Source: the human T2T-CHM13v2.0 reference genome, Homo sapiens. From it: a stretch of DNA of 64,000 bases. The position numbers and the translations under genes were made by a program. The notes below the pieces were generated by a model. The model did not search any database. It saw only the letters and a list, made by a program, of their open reading frames with translations, and was not told where the DNA came from. Location of the stretch: the NCBI RefSeq assembly GCF_009914755.1, contig NC_060931.1; one strand, 5' to 3'. Shown piece by piece: positions 52,505 through 64,000 of the stretch (positions are counted from its first letter, which is position 1; each line of letters begins with the position of its first letter).

Positions 52505-54814
52505 TTCTGCAACAAGTCACAATTCCTTGCTCAGAAATCTCTACAGGTGTGCTTCTTTGTTAAGAAATGGAGGAAACATGAATTTCATCCTGACTTCTGA
52601 GTCTTGTAGAGACCAGATCTGACTCCTGCAGCCTTCTGCCCACAGAGCTGGCAGGCGGGGGAATGTGCGCAGAGTGAGGAGGAGCTGATCTGACATTCCG
52701 AACAGTGGAGACTGCTGCCTATTTGGCCGCACCACTGTCCTTCTGCATGGAAAAGTCACAGTAAATAATGGACTCTCTACCTGTGAGTCGATTTTACTGA
52801 GCTGCCTTTTTAAATATATGTGTAGAAAGGGCGATCTCTGTGTGTCATTTGCACATGTACATACACATGTACACACGTGCACACGTGGTCACTCATGTAC
52901 ACATGTGTGTGCACCAGTGCACCAGACCAGATGCACCCACCCAATTCCACGCTCCTCAGCCCCTTGCTTTCCTCTGCAGACAGCCAGTTCAGCTACAGTT
53001 ATGCCAGATTGCCTGCACTCTGATCTTTACCATCACCAGACTCTCAGCTTGAGCTCATGCCTGAGAAATCCACTTTCTGGGAGGAAGGCAGAAGAAACTG
53101 CCAAGGCAGGACTGAAGACTTGACCTCCACCTGTAGTGGGGTCAGGTCACCAGAGGCTGGCTGACTCCCCAGGATTTCTCAGCAGAGTATTACACAAATA
53201 CCCCTTCCTTAAAGATTAGCAACCACTTAAAGACACAAAGTGTGCAGGACTGTACCCATGGCCGAGAGCGGCGGGATTAAGAGGGCAACTGAGTTGTTCT
53301 TCCCATCCCTCCTCCTCTGTGCTGAGTCACCTTCTGCTTGGAATTCTGACAGGGACCCGTTGGGCTTCTGGAAGGGAGGGACAGCAGAGGATCCACCCTC
53401 TGTGTGTCCTGGGGGAGATTACTTATCTCTGGCCTCCCTGAAGCAGGGCCTGGGCTTCTGGAATCTTTGAGGCTGACACCCTGCCAGCCCTGGGGATGAG
53501 AGAGAATGGCCGTGTCTGTCTGCAGAGCCTGAGGAGGAGCTGAGCACAGCCTCCGGAGTTCTCTTCAGTTGATCGCTTAGGTGGACAAAGGCCACAGAAA
53601 TGGATTTAAACTCCTCAGCCCTTTCTTTGCATGTTTGTTCTCATTTGAAGTCAGAAGTGATATGTCCTACACCTCAAGAACGTGTGAAATGCACATACAA
53701 TAACCCCATTTCAGGAAGCCAAGTCCAGCTTAACAGTCAAAACATTTCCTTCAGTCTTTAGTCCTTCACTTTGCCGAACTCCCTTTTACACCGGCAGCAA
53801 CAGTTTAACCTGTTGCTTCTGTAAGAGTGTGCTACTGGGAAAACCACATCTAAAACACGTGTGCAGTTACATCAGCTAGAGCACATGCTAAACAGTTGAT
53901 CAAAGGCTCTTGCCTTGTGGCCCACGCTGCAGACACTCTGACGACTGCAGAGCTCCGCAGCCCCACGTCGTCCCTTCCGCACTGCCTGCTGTGCCTCTCC
54001 TCTCCATGTGGCAGGGAACACAGCCAGTCATCACCATGTGGCTCTGCCCGGCGCTGCCCCAGCATGTCCTGACAGGGCCTAGATATGGAAAGGTGGCTCT
54101 CCATGCACACACCCCAAGCCCCTCCTGCCCGCCGTGTGACCCACACTCTTATGGGCAGCCCAGTTATTTTGTAGCATTTCCCTTCCTTATCATTTTGGCC
54201 CAGTGATCCAGCACAAATCTCCCTTATTAGAATAAAATTTGGAATGACAAAATTAAATTTCATTTTTCACTTATATTGAGGACCTCACACTCTTCACCCC
54301 TGCCACGATCCCTGACAAGAGCCTTCCTATCTAATCATTGTTCCTCCAGCCCTCTTAGTTTTCTTCAGCCTTTCTTGATTGCCTGAATGTCCCTTTCCCT
54401 TCTCCTTTTAAAGCATGAACCAAGCTTTCTTACCCCGTTCTCATTATCATTTTTGCATTTTCTTCTTTGCATATGATTCTCCTTAAATTATAAAACTTGG
54501 GGGTAATTTCTAGAGGTGCCATCATAGTGCTTCTGTCTACTCAGTGTCTTTAGAATCAGCAAATATCATTTTTACAAAAAAGTAGTATTTCTTCCAAAAA
54601 AGAGTAAGCAAGAAGGTTACAACACTGGGAAAATATCCCTAAGCCTGTTCTTCAACCTGTTGAATGTTTTCCCCTAAATTGTTATATGGAGATCCTGGAC
54701 CCGGAAGTTGGCTGACATGAAACAGGCCTAGCAGGGCAGCTGAGGAAATGCTCCAACCTCAGGATCCAGGAAGATTGCACATGGCACCAAAACAATCATT
54801 TAAAAGCTAATCCT

Positions 54815-55165
<351 letters not shown>

Positions 55166-58100
55166 TTAGAAGTACCCATTTCTCCCTTTCTAAGCCATAG
55201 GTGTATTAATTGGAGCTTTTTCTATCTTAATTAGTTCACTGTGAACAATTAAAATTGTGTTAATAAAACAAAAACAAAAATAGGACTGGTGCCTAGTTGT
55301 ACTACATGAAGAGAGAAAGGGCCAGACATTGGTTTTTCCTAATCTTCTGTCAAGTTCTCCAAATCATCTGCTCTGGAAGGTAGCTCCAACAGCTGGGATT
55401 TGAAGTAAAGCATAGTGACTTTGGCCATCACTGACATGTCCCATTTGAAGCAACCAAAACTGTCCCTCGACCTGACACTCATCCCTGAAACACCATGAGG
55501 GTAAGTGAGGCGCTTCGGAAGGTCCACTCAACCCCATTGCCAGATAGAGTAAGTGTCTGCCAGGGGCATTTGGAGCTGAAGGGAAGACTGTACAGACTCA
55601 CGGTTTGCAGGCACTGAAGGCGTTTTCCTGCCTTCTTTTTCACCTTCAGTGGACTTGCAAAGCACTAGCCCTATTGTTTTTCCCATCTGGGAAACATGGT
55701 GAATGTTGGTTGGTTGTAGCTAATCCTATGGGTCTTGAGGTCTTTGTTGACAAGAAGGTAGATGTTATCTTTATCTGCGTGTGGCTTTCTACTAAAACAT
55801 GAGCTACAGGGCTCTCTTTTTTGTTTTAAAGCATTTTTCCATAAGGTTCACCCTTACTATTGCTTATCTGAATAATATTACCTGCTGAGAAGTTTATTCA
55901 TTGCTCACCAGTTGTAGGGAGATTTTGACACAGGACTGGAGGATTTTTTTCTCATCGTAACAGTGCAGACCCATGGAAAGCTTGGAAGCAGTTGTGACCG
56001 GATAAGAGCAGGTTGAGGATGATAATCTTAGGGCAATGAGCAGGTTGATTGAGAGGGGTGCCTGAAAGCAAGGTCCCCATGATGCAAGCAAACAAACTCA
56101 CATGCCAGACGGTGGACAGGAAACACAGGCAGGATGTGGTGCAGGCTGGGCTGCCTTGGCTGGGCAAAGGCAGGGGCTTCATGGCCATGCTGGGATGTGA
56201 CGTGGTTGGAAAACAATAAGAATGGAGACCTCTCCAAAGACCTCAGACATAATTTGGCCATGAGAGGCAAGGGTAGAGGCGAGCCCCCTGTGGGTTGGAA
56301 TGTATGGAATCCAGATGAAGCACCATCAACATGCATGGGCTACATAGGAGAGCTGGGTCTGGGGGAAAAGATGGGATTTGGGTTTGGGTGTACATGTTCC
56401 AGGCATGGAGGGAAGAATGGGCAGAATGACGAGGATCAAGCCCTGGTGGAGCCCCCAGACCAGGGCCCTGGGCATATTTCCACTTGCCTTCTTCTGCAAA
56501 CTTTTGTGTGCCTGTTGGGTGGAAGGTACTATGCTGGGGCCATCCAGGATCCGGAGCAGTGTAAGACATCATGGCCTGCATGGTGTGACCCTTGACATCT
56601 GAAAAGAACGAGCTGGTGGAGTGGGAAGGAGACAAGTGGCAGCAGAGTTGACATCATCAGGACTGACTGCAGGACAGGCGGTGAAACGAGCCACTGAGGA
56701 GTTACCCAGTGCCCTGGGGAGCTTAGATGTGAGACTTACACCACCCAGCACTCCCCAGCTCTGTGTCCCTGGGTCCCACTGAACTTGATTGTATTTTAGT
56801 TGCCTCTTTTCTAAGACCGGAGCAACAATACCTTCCTTGAGTGTGCATGTGCAGTCCATAGATGGCAGCCAGTGTTCTCTTCCCATGAGAAGACTCTGAG
56901 CCTCCTCACTAGAGGGTGGTCTAAAAACAAATGGATCCATCCACAGAAGGTCTGAAAGGTTTTCATAGAATCTTGACTTGGTAGCACTTCAGGATCTAAC
57001 TCGTGCTTTCCAGAAGTGTGGCCTGTGGTGTTCTGTCTGGAGTATTTGGTCCTCCCATCCACCTCCACCTTGCTGTCCTGTCCTGTGACTCTCACTAGCT
57101 CAGTCACCGGGTCAGGAAGCCCTGCCATGAAATGCTAGATTTGGAGGCATTGCCAAGGTACCACAAACCATACTCAAACAAGGTCATAATAGACTAGTGA
57201 TCTCACTGTGGCTAACAGGTTCATGTGATTTAAAGAATGACAGCATTTTTTCTAAATTTTATAAATTTTATAAATTTCTCCTAAATACAAATCTGAATGT
57301 GTTTACCTTTAGACAGATTTTCCCAGAAAATTGTCAGTGTTCTCGAATTTGAAAGTAGATCAGATCTCCTCCCTCTAGTTTTGAAAATCTCAAGTAGGTT
57401 TAGCCTCTCCCCAGAGTGACAACGGCACAAGAAGTTTATAATTTTATGCACAGCTAAATGCAAACTGAAAAGTGTGGTTTGTGGGTATTTCATTTTTCCC
57501 ATAATGTTCATCAATTTGGCAATTCAAATAGGATTCAGAATCCAAGGTGTTCGCAGCATTTTATATGAAAATGTGCCTGAGAGTTTGGGGAATAGAAATT
57601 CTTACCAAATAAGTTAAATTTGCTCTTGATAAGAATATATTTTGTAAAATGTAGAAAACTGAGAAAAAAAGTTTGACACCTGTTTTATCTGCATCCTTTT
57701 ATTAAACAGTGGCCTGAATTTACTAAAGGACAGAGAACAGGGTTGAGAGGTAATCACTGAATAATAGCTTCGCTAATCCCACAGTGACTGCTTCTTATGA
57801 CAAGCAAGAGGGTCAACTTAGAGGCAGGACTGTCTTCAGGGGCAAAAGCAAGTCAGCACCTACAAACCTCTCCAAGAGAGTGAGAAAAAGCAGGTTGTAT
57901 GGCTCATTTTGCAGCTTGCCAGAAGCAATGTGGGAATATTGTCAGACTGCACAGACCTGGGGCCAGCTGGCTCCTAGAGTGCGAGGAGCTCTCAGTGACT
58001 GCTGTGCATACTCACCTGCTCTGTGACTTTGTTCAGTCCCTACCCTGGATGTGTGGTGAAGGGTGCCAGGCTTAGCTGCTGGACCAGTGAGGTCCCTGAG

Positions 58101-58705
58101 GGGGCAGGGCTAAGAGGTGTAGCAGTCGCACTTGACCAGTCATTGATTCACTGGTTGGGAATTTGTTCATTGAGGGGACACCATTACTCCCCATGCCTCA
58201 CGTGCAGGTGAGTGTGTGTATATTTGCATTAACACACAAACACACTTATGTGTGTCCCTGTATGTGCAGCTGCAGTACCTTACACATCTTCCAGTGCCTC
58301 TCAAGCATCATAAAAACAGCTTCCACAAAACCTCTACTACCCACCTGGCATCCACAGAGCTCCCAGTGATTGGCTCCCAAAAGATACTGAACTTTGGCAT
58401 GGAACAGAGTGAGTTTCCACATTTGCTGTTGTACATAATTACCTGTCCAGCTAGAATAGTACACACTTCTTTTACTGAGCCCAGAAGTTTATGTGCCTGA
58501 ACACGGATGGTACAGGAACAAGGGTGAGCGCTTATCAATTCAGCATTACTCTGGAGACATGAAACAAACTAATAGGTACAGCTATATTTTGTTTTTTAAA
58601 CAATTTTGTGAACCACATATTTGGGACAAAAATCAACAAGTAAATTTGAATTACACTAGGCAAAGGACTGATTCTTTTGAAACGTGATTGACATTCAACG
58701 TCTAA

Positions 58706-59490
58706 CTTTCCAAAAGAAGACATACATGTGGCCCACAATCATATGAAATAAAGTTCATCATCATTGATCATTAGAGAAATGCAAATCAAAACCACAATGA
58801 GATACCATCTCACACCAGTCAGAATGGTTATTAATAAAAAGTCAAAGAATGACAGTTGCTGGTGAGGTTGTAGAGAAAAAGGAACGCTTATACACTGTTG
58901 AGGGGATTGTAAATTAGTTCAACCATGTGGAAGACAGTGTGGCAATTCCTCAAAGACCTATATACCATTTGACCCAGCAATCCCATTACTGCATATATAC
59001 CCAAAGGAATATGAGTCATTCTACCGTAAGACACATGCACGCATTTGTTTGTTGCAGCACTATTCACGATAGCAAAAACATGGAATCAACCTACATGCCC
59101 ATCAATGATAGACTGGATAAAGAAAATGTGGTACATATACCCCATGGAATACTATGCAGCCATAAGAAAAAGAATGAGATCATGCCCTTTGCAGGAACAT
59201 GGATGGAGCTGGAGGCCATTATCCTTAGCAAACTAACCCAGGAACAGAAAACCAAGTGCAGATGTTCTCACTTTTAAGTGTGAGCTGAATGAGGAGAATA
59301 CATGGGCACATAGAGGGGCCTATCAGAGGGTGGAGGGTGGGAGAAGGAAGAGTATCAGAAAAAATAACAGGTAGTAGATTTAATACCGGATGACAAAACA
59401 ATCTGTATAACAAACCCCCATGACATGAGTTTACCTATATAACAAACCCGCACATGTACTCCTGAACTTAAAAGTTAAATTAAAAAAAAA
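58706..59490 (+). mobile_element. 5'-truncated L1PA (about PA13-16): ORF2 C-terminus, 3' UTR and poly(A)
   Basis: agagaaatgcaaatcaaaaccacaatgagataccatctcacacc; ORF-track fragment MFVAALFTIAKTWNQP...; 3' end aacaaacccgcacatgtac...taaaagttaaa plus A-tail; possible decayed TSD aa(c/t)gtctaa. Confidence 0.93.
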
Positions 59491-60529
59491 TTAATGTCTA
59501 ATAATATATTACAGTATTCTTCATATTCAATGGCAATGTGTGAAGTGGGAAGTGTCTTGACAGAATTCGGTGTTTCAAGGCTTACACTTTGATGCCCAAG
59601 ACTGCACAAGGCTACATTTTCTACTGGTGAGACAAATTCCAGACGCATTGCATTCAGATCTAATCTCTTAGCTCCTTAATCTTCAGGGTACTGGTAAACA
59701 TGAAGACCTCCCCAGTGCTGTAGTCATCATGATATGTACAGCAGGTGGCTGAGCTCTGGATGTAGACTGCAGGGATATATTAGGAAGTTAATTCTCAAGG
59801 CAAGTCATCTTCAAGCACCATATCAGCATGATCAGCAATATAAGTAGTATCTCAGTGCTTTGTTGTTTAGTCAGAGTTTTGTACTCTATCACCCATTGTA
59901 ATGTTCCTATTTGCAAAAGGTAATACATACCCTTTAAAACATCTTTGCTTTTTCTCCCATTATCGAGATGCTAGCAGCTTCATAAAGCAGAATAACTAAG
60001 GGCAAACAGATTATATAAAGGGTTGGAGCTCAATGAAGACAACAAGAACAGCAAAGGTTATTGTAAAACTGGCTGCTTGCAGGCCAACAAGCACATCCAT
60101 ATGGAGGCAATCAGTTTATGCTACCTCTGTCTGTTTGATGGGATTCATAATATTGACTTTATCCATTAGATTTGGACTACCAGGGAATAAAATAAGCAGA
60201 TGGAGAGTAAGGATTTGCTAGGAAATAATTCAGCCAGTCACTTTGAAAGCTGTTCAAGAAACAGCTTTCAAAGTGTCTCTCAAACTATGTTTGCCCATTA
60301 TCCCAATAATTTATTTCCCAATAATTTCATGGGAAAAGAAGGAAGTTCTGTGGTCAGATAAATCTGGAAAACACTGGTTTAAGCAAAGTTCAGTAGGTCT
60401 GCTTCCCTGCAGGTCACCTCAGAGTCTTTACTCTGCTAACCTAGGAACTCATCCAACAAGTTTAATTTAACAGCTACACTGTGTACGTCACTTTAACAGT
60501 CACTGAGCTGTGACTCTTGGGGGAAAGAT

Positions 60530-60572
60530 TGTGCGTGTGTGTGTGTGTGTGTACACATGTGTGCACATGTGC
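60530..60572. repeat. Short (TG)n / TGCA repeat
   Basis: tgtgcgtgtgtgtgtgtgtgtgtacacatgtgtgcacatgtgc. Confidence 0.75.
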
Positions 60573-61224
60573 AGAATCTACCAAATCTTAAGAGAAAGGA
60601 ACATGCTGGGAAACTGTCCTGTGAAAGAGAATAGAAACCTGAAGATTTGAGGCAGTGATAGCATTTATGAAAGCAGCAGATAAGGACTAATCACCAAAAG
60701 GGGTAGCTCTTTTGTTGGTTGGGGAAAACAGGAATTTTTCCCCCACCCAATGTGCTGCATTTTCTAATTTTCTATGAACACTTCCTAAGAAAAAGCTGAA
60801 TGAAGAACATTTGCGATGCAATCAGCTCATTAAGAAACACGCACTTTTGTGGAGATACGTGCTGTCCCAGGAGATGCTCTGCGAGGAGCCGAGTGTTTGG
60901 ACTGGAGCTGCTGAATGGTTTCTCACAGTTCTAGAATGTTTGGGGCTGCACCCTCTAAGATGTTGAACCCATCAGTAATTGCTCCAAACCACTTTATGGG
61001 ATATAATGCTGTGAGTTGACACCTGAGGGGATTGTGGTCCTGTTCATGAGTAATTACTTTTCTGTTGCCTATAGAAGGGCCAGCAATAGCAGATGAGTAG
61101 CTGAACAGTGGTTTTGAGTAATAAAACGTTCTTTTTTAAAAAAAAGTAATGCTTTCTGTTAAACTCTGACTATACTCTCTCCTGGTATCACAACCCAGCT
61201 TTCTTTTTGCCTTCTTTATTGCAG

Positions 61225-61284
61225 TTACATATGGGGCTGATGACTTTAGGGATTTCCATGCAATAATTCCCAAATCTTTCTCTC
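61225..61284 (+). CDS. IKZF1: IKZF1 alternative exon 3B (60 nt, phase 1-1; IK-H insertion)
   Basis: Acceptor ttctttttgccttctttattgcag|TT and donor CTC|GTAAGT; in frame with exon 3 it encodes (V)TYGADDFRDFHAIIPKSFS, the 20-aa IK-H insert. Confidence 0.92.
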
Positions 61285-61589
61285 GTAAGTATATGCCGTG
61301 CTTCTGGAAAACAAAAGCATGCCTTCATCTCCTATCATGTAAATATCGTACGTGCATGTTCCTTCATCAACCCCCGAGATACATTAAATATTCACTGTTC
61401 TATTCGTTAGACACCTACCATATCATTTTTGGGTATTTATACCATAAAGTGCAAAACGAAGGTCTAGGCAGTTGTGCGGTGTCCTGGGAGCATGGCAGTG
61501 GAGTAACAGTAAGGGTTGGAGTCACAGTAGCACTGATGGGATTGTTACTTCGCGGATGCTGCTGGACAGCTTTGAGATTACTCCTGTAA
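61225..61589 (+). CDS. IKZF1: Exon 3B extended as an intronic terminal exon (zinc-finger-less 174-aa isoform)
   Basis: If the 61285 donor is skipped, the frame stays open (RKYMPCFWKTKACLHLL...WTALRLLL) to TAA at 61587-61589; ORF-track entry 61293..61589 is in the IKZF1 frame; AATAAA downstream at 63151 and 63893. Confidence 0.7.
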
Positions 61590-64000
61590 TCCTTTTTATT
61601 GAGTGTGAGGATAAAATGGCCATATTTTCTGTCACCAACAAAGAACTGAACATGGTTTCAAGATAATTTTTACAATTTTGTGGGACAGGAGAAGGAGATA
61701 TGCTCTTCATCTGTGGTTCTGGAGTATTAATTTCAGAACTGAGAAGAGAAAATTGCAGGCCTCCAGGCCGTTATTCTGTGGTGCATCGCTGCTGGAGCCA
61801 ACGTACTGTTCCTGCTTGGTGCCCGCAGGACCTTCTCTGATCTGAGCTGTTAAACCAAAAACAGATGTGAATTTCATTTTTCTTTTTTAGATATTGAGCT
61901 GATAAATGATAAATATATTTGGGTAACATCCTCAAATGAGTACTTTAAAGAACAGAGAGTGCTTTTGAAAATGTATAGAGAGCTGAATATTTAAAGCCAT
62001 ACAAGTTGATAATCCCCTTAGGACCTGTATTAGTAAATCCTCTAATACTATAAAGCAACATCAGAAAACAGGTCGCATTTGTTAACACTGTGACAATTAT
62101 AATTATAGGCTCTAATTTGAACAGTGCCAGTAACAGTTAAAGACAGGTGTCTGACATCCTGGTTATCAAAAACTATCTGGTGTCTAAGGAATTTAACAGT
62201 ATCAAAGTACATCTTTTTGCTCACAAACTAGATTGGCTACTTTTCCAGCCTATAGAAGTTACAGAAATCTTTCTTTTACTGATATTCCTTTGATTCCACT
62301 TTAAAGCAATAGCTTGATACCTACTTTTTGAGATGTATATGTATGTACATGTAAATGCTTATATATGTGTATTTGTTTACACGTGAGCTTATATGAACAT
62401 ATAAAACATTATGGTATTGGACAGAGAAATGATATTGATTTGAAGAATCATATTGTTGAAGTATTTTGGGAAGTCAAATGCACTTGAGAGTAAGCTAATG
62501 CATCCTAAAACATGTTTCTGTGAAGTCTGAGGAAGGTGTCAGCCAGAGCATATGTTGAAGCAGACCCTTCAGTGAAGCCTTCAGTCTGTAAGAATCGCTG
62601 CATGTGAAGATGTGTTAATGTTATGATAGTTACAGTTTTTATAAAAGAGATGATATACACTTGGATATGCTTTCTGTCTATATTTATGCAAATGTGTCCA
62701 TAAGGTATTGGTGTCTCTCTTTCTCTCCCACTCTCCCCAGTGTTGGAATTGTGACTATCTTCTCACACAAGCGGCTACTTGGTCTTGATGCCTTCCCCCG
62801 CAAAACAGCAACCAAACTGTTCTGGGCCAATATCACCACCTTGTGGTCATGATGAAGAATTGCCCCCTTTGCCCTCAACACCTCTTTTCTTCTTGAAAAT
62901 TAAAAACAACCCCTTTCACCCCCTCTACTGTCCTTATTCCAGTTTGTGTCCGTAGTTGCTGGAGGAAAGAAAATGCCTATTGCTCTTTTTTTTATTCTCT
63001 TTATCTGTTTACTCTTCTGCCTTTCTTTTCTCTCCCTGACTTCATTCCATTTAAAGGCCTTAAATTGCAAATAACGAAAAAAGTATTTTCTAATAATATA
63101 CCCTAGTGGGACGAAAACAACCTTCTACATTTTAAATGATATTAAGTTATAATAAATGGTTCCATGAACTTTAAAACGCTTAAAAGTTTTATAAATCTCT
63201 TTTAGAGGCAACACAAAAATATCTATATATATATCTTCTCTTCACCTCAAATTTTCATTTAATTACCGTGATTCAAGATATATCTTAAATATTTCCATTT
63301 CATTTGATTTTTACTTGCTAGTCACCAGTGTTGCAAGAATATTTCTGTACCATTTTTCAAGTAAAATATTGAGCATTTCAAGCTTACATGGCCTAAACTC
63401 ACACTAGAGTGACTACTTCGGACTATCTTTTCAATGGAAAAATGCGTTCTGAGTACCAAACATTTACTTTTTCAGTAAATATGAAGACACATTCTAAAAA
63501 GGAAAGGGAAATGAAGAGGAAGCTTAATTCATTGGTCAGGTGGGGACTAACAGTGTACATTATACCTATGCATTAAAAAATGTTTAATTATCCATGAGCA
63601 CATACAGTGCCTGGCACAGATTCAGGCCTCTTGGCTCCTCTTGGCATCTGAGTTCCTTGGATTCTCCAGATTCTTCAATCCAAACTTGTCTATCTACCAA
63701 AGTCCACCTTCCATACAGGGGTGTGGGGTCTCTCTTAGTACTGTTGGGTGCCAATAACATAGAAGCCCTCCAAGATAGGTCAATGAGATTTTAATTTTTC
63801 CCAACTTTAAATAGCATCTGGGAAGGAAAGCAGCTTTTGACTAGGAGTTTGAAAACATCCACTCTTCATATTTATTGTCACATTTATTGAGTAATAAAAT
63901 TGGGCTCTTGTCCATTATCTCTCAGTCAATGAAAGAGCCCACGGTGGGCATGAGCCAGAGTGTTCCGGAGAAAGAGAGGACCAGTCTCCATTTCATGTTC

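Noticed and set aside
58927-59277. ORFs resembling the L1 ORF2 C-terminus
   Set aside because: Frameshifted remnants of a truncated, inactive L1PA, not a gene.

Overview
This is human (primate) genomic DNA from the IKZF1 (Ikaros) locus, with the gene on the + strand. The window starts in intron 1 and ends in intron 3. It contains coding exon 2 (ATG at 12272, MDADEGQDMSQVS), exon 3 (GKESPP...PEDLS...DRVV) and the 60-nt alternative exon 3B (IK-H), which can read through into an intronic terminal exon. The zinc-finger exons lie downstream, outside the window. The rest is intron: Alus, L1/L2/L3/MIR fragments, DNA transposons (Made1, MER33, MER20), a 1.5-kb TG-rich minisatellite and enhancer-like motif clusters. 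There are no microbial genes, CRISPR arrays or structural RNA genes, and almost all ORF-track entries are artefacts of repeats or chance. Four observations stand out. (1) Back-splicing of exon 3 to exon 2 would give a 174-nt circle with a stop-free, endlessly in-frame ORF, a strong Kozak ATG and the CtBP-binding PEDLS motif, bracketed by inverted AluY elements: a candidate rolling-circle-translated circIKZF1. (2) Cryptic RAG recombination signals occur in introns 1 and 3, consistent with the B-ALL deletion hotspots. The intron-3 signal sits beside a palindromic Made1 MITE and a circularly permuted, tail-less Alu insertion. (3) There is a candidate in-frame 105-nt cryptic exon behind a UG tract and a long AG-exclusion zone. 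(4) An ETS/E-box module is duplicated about 1 kb apart. Gene and exon calls are solid; the mechanistic proposals are hypotheses.
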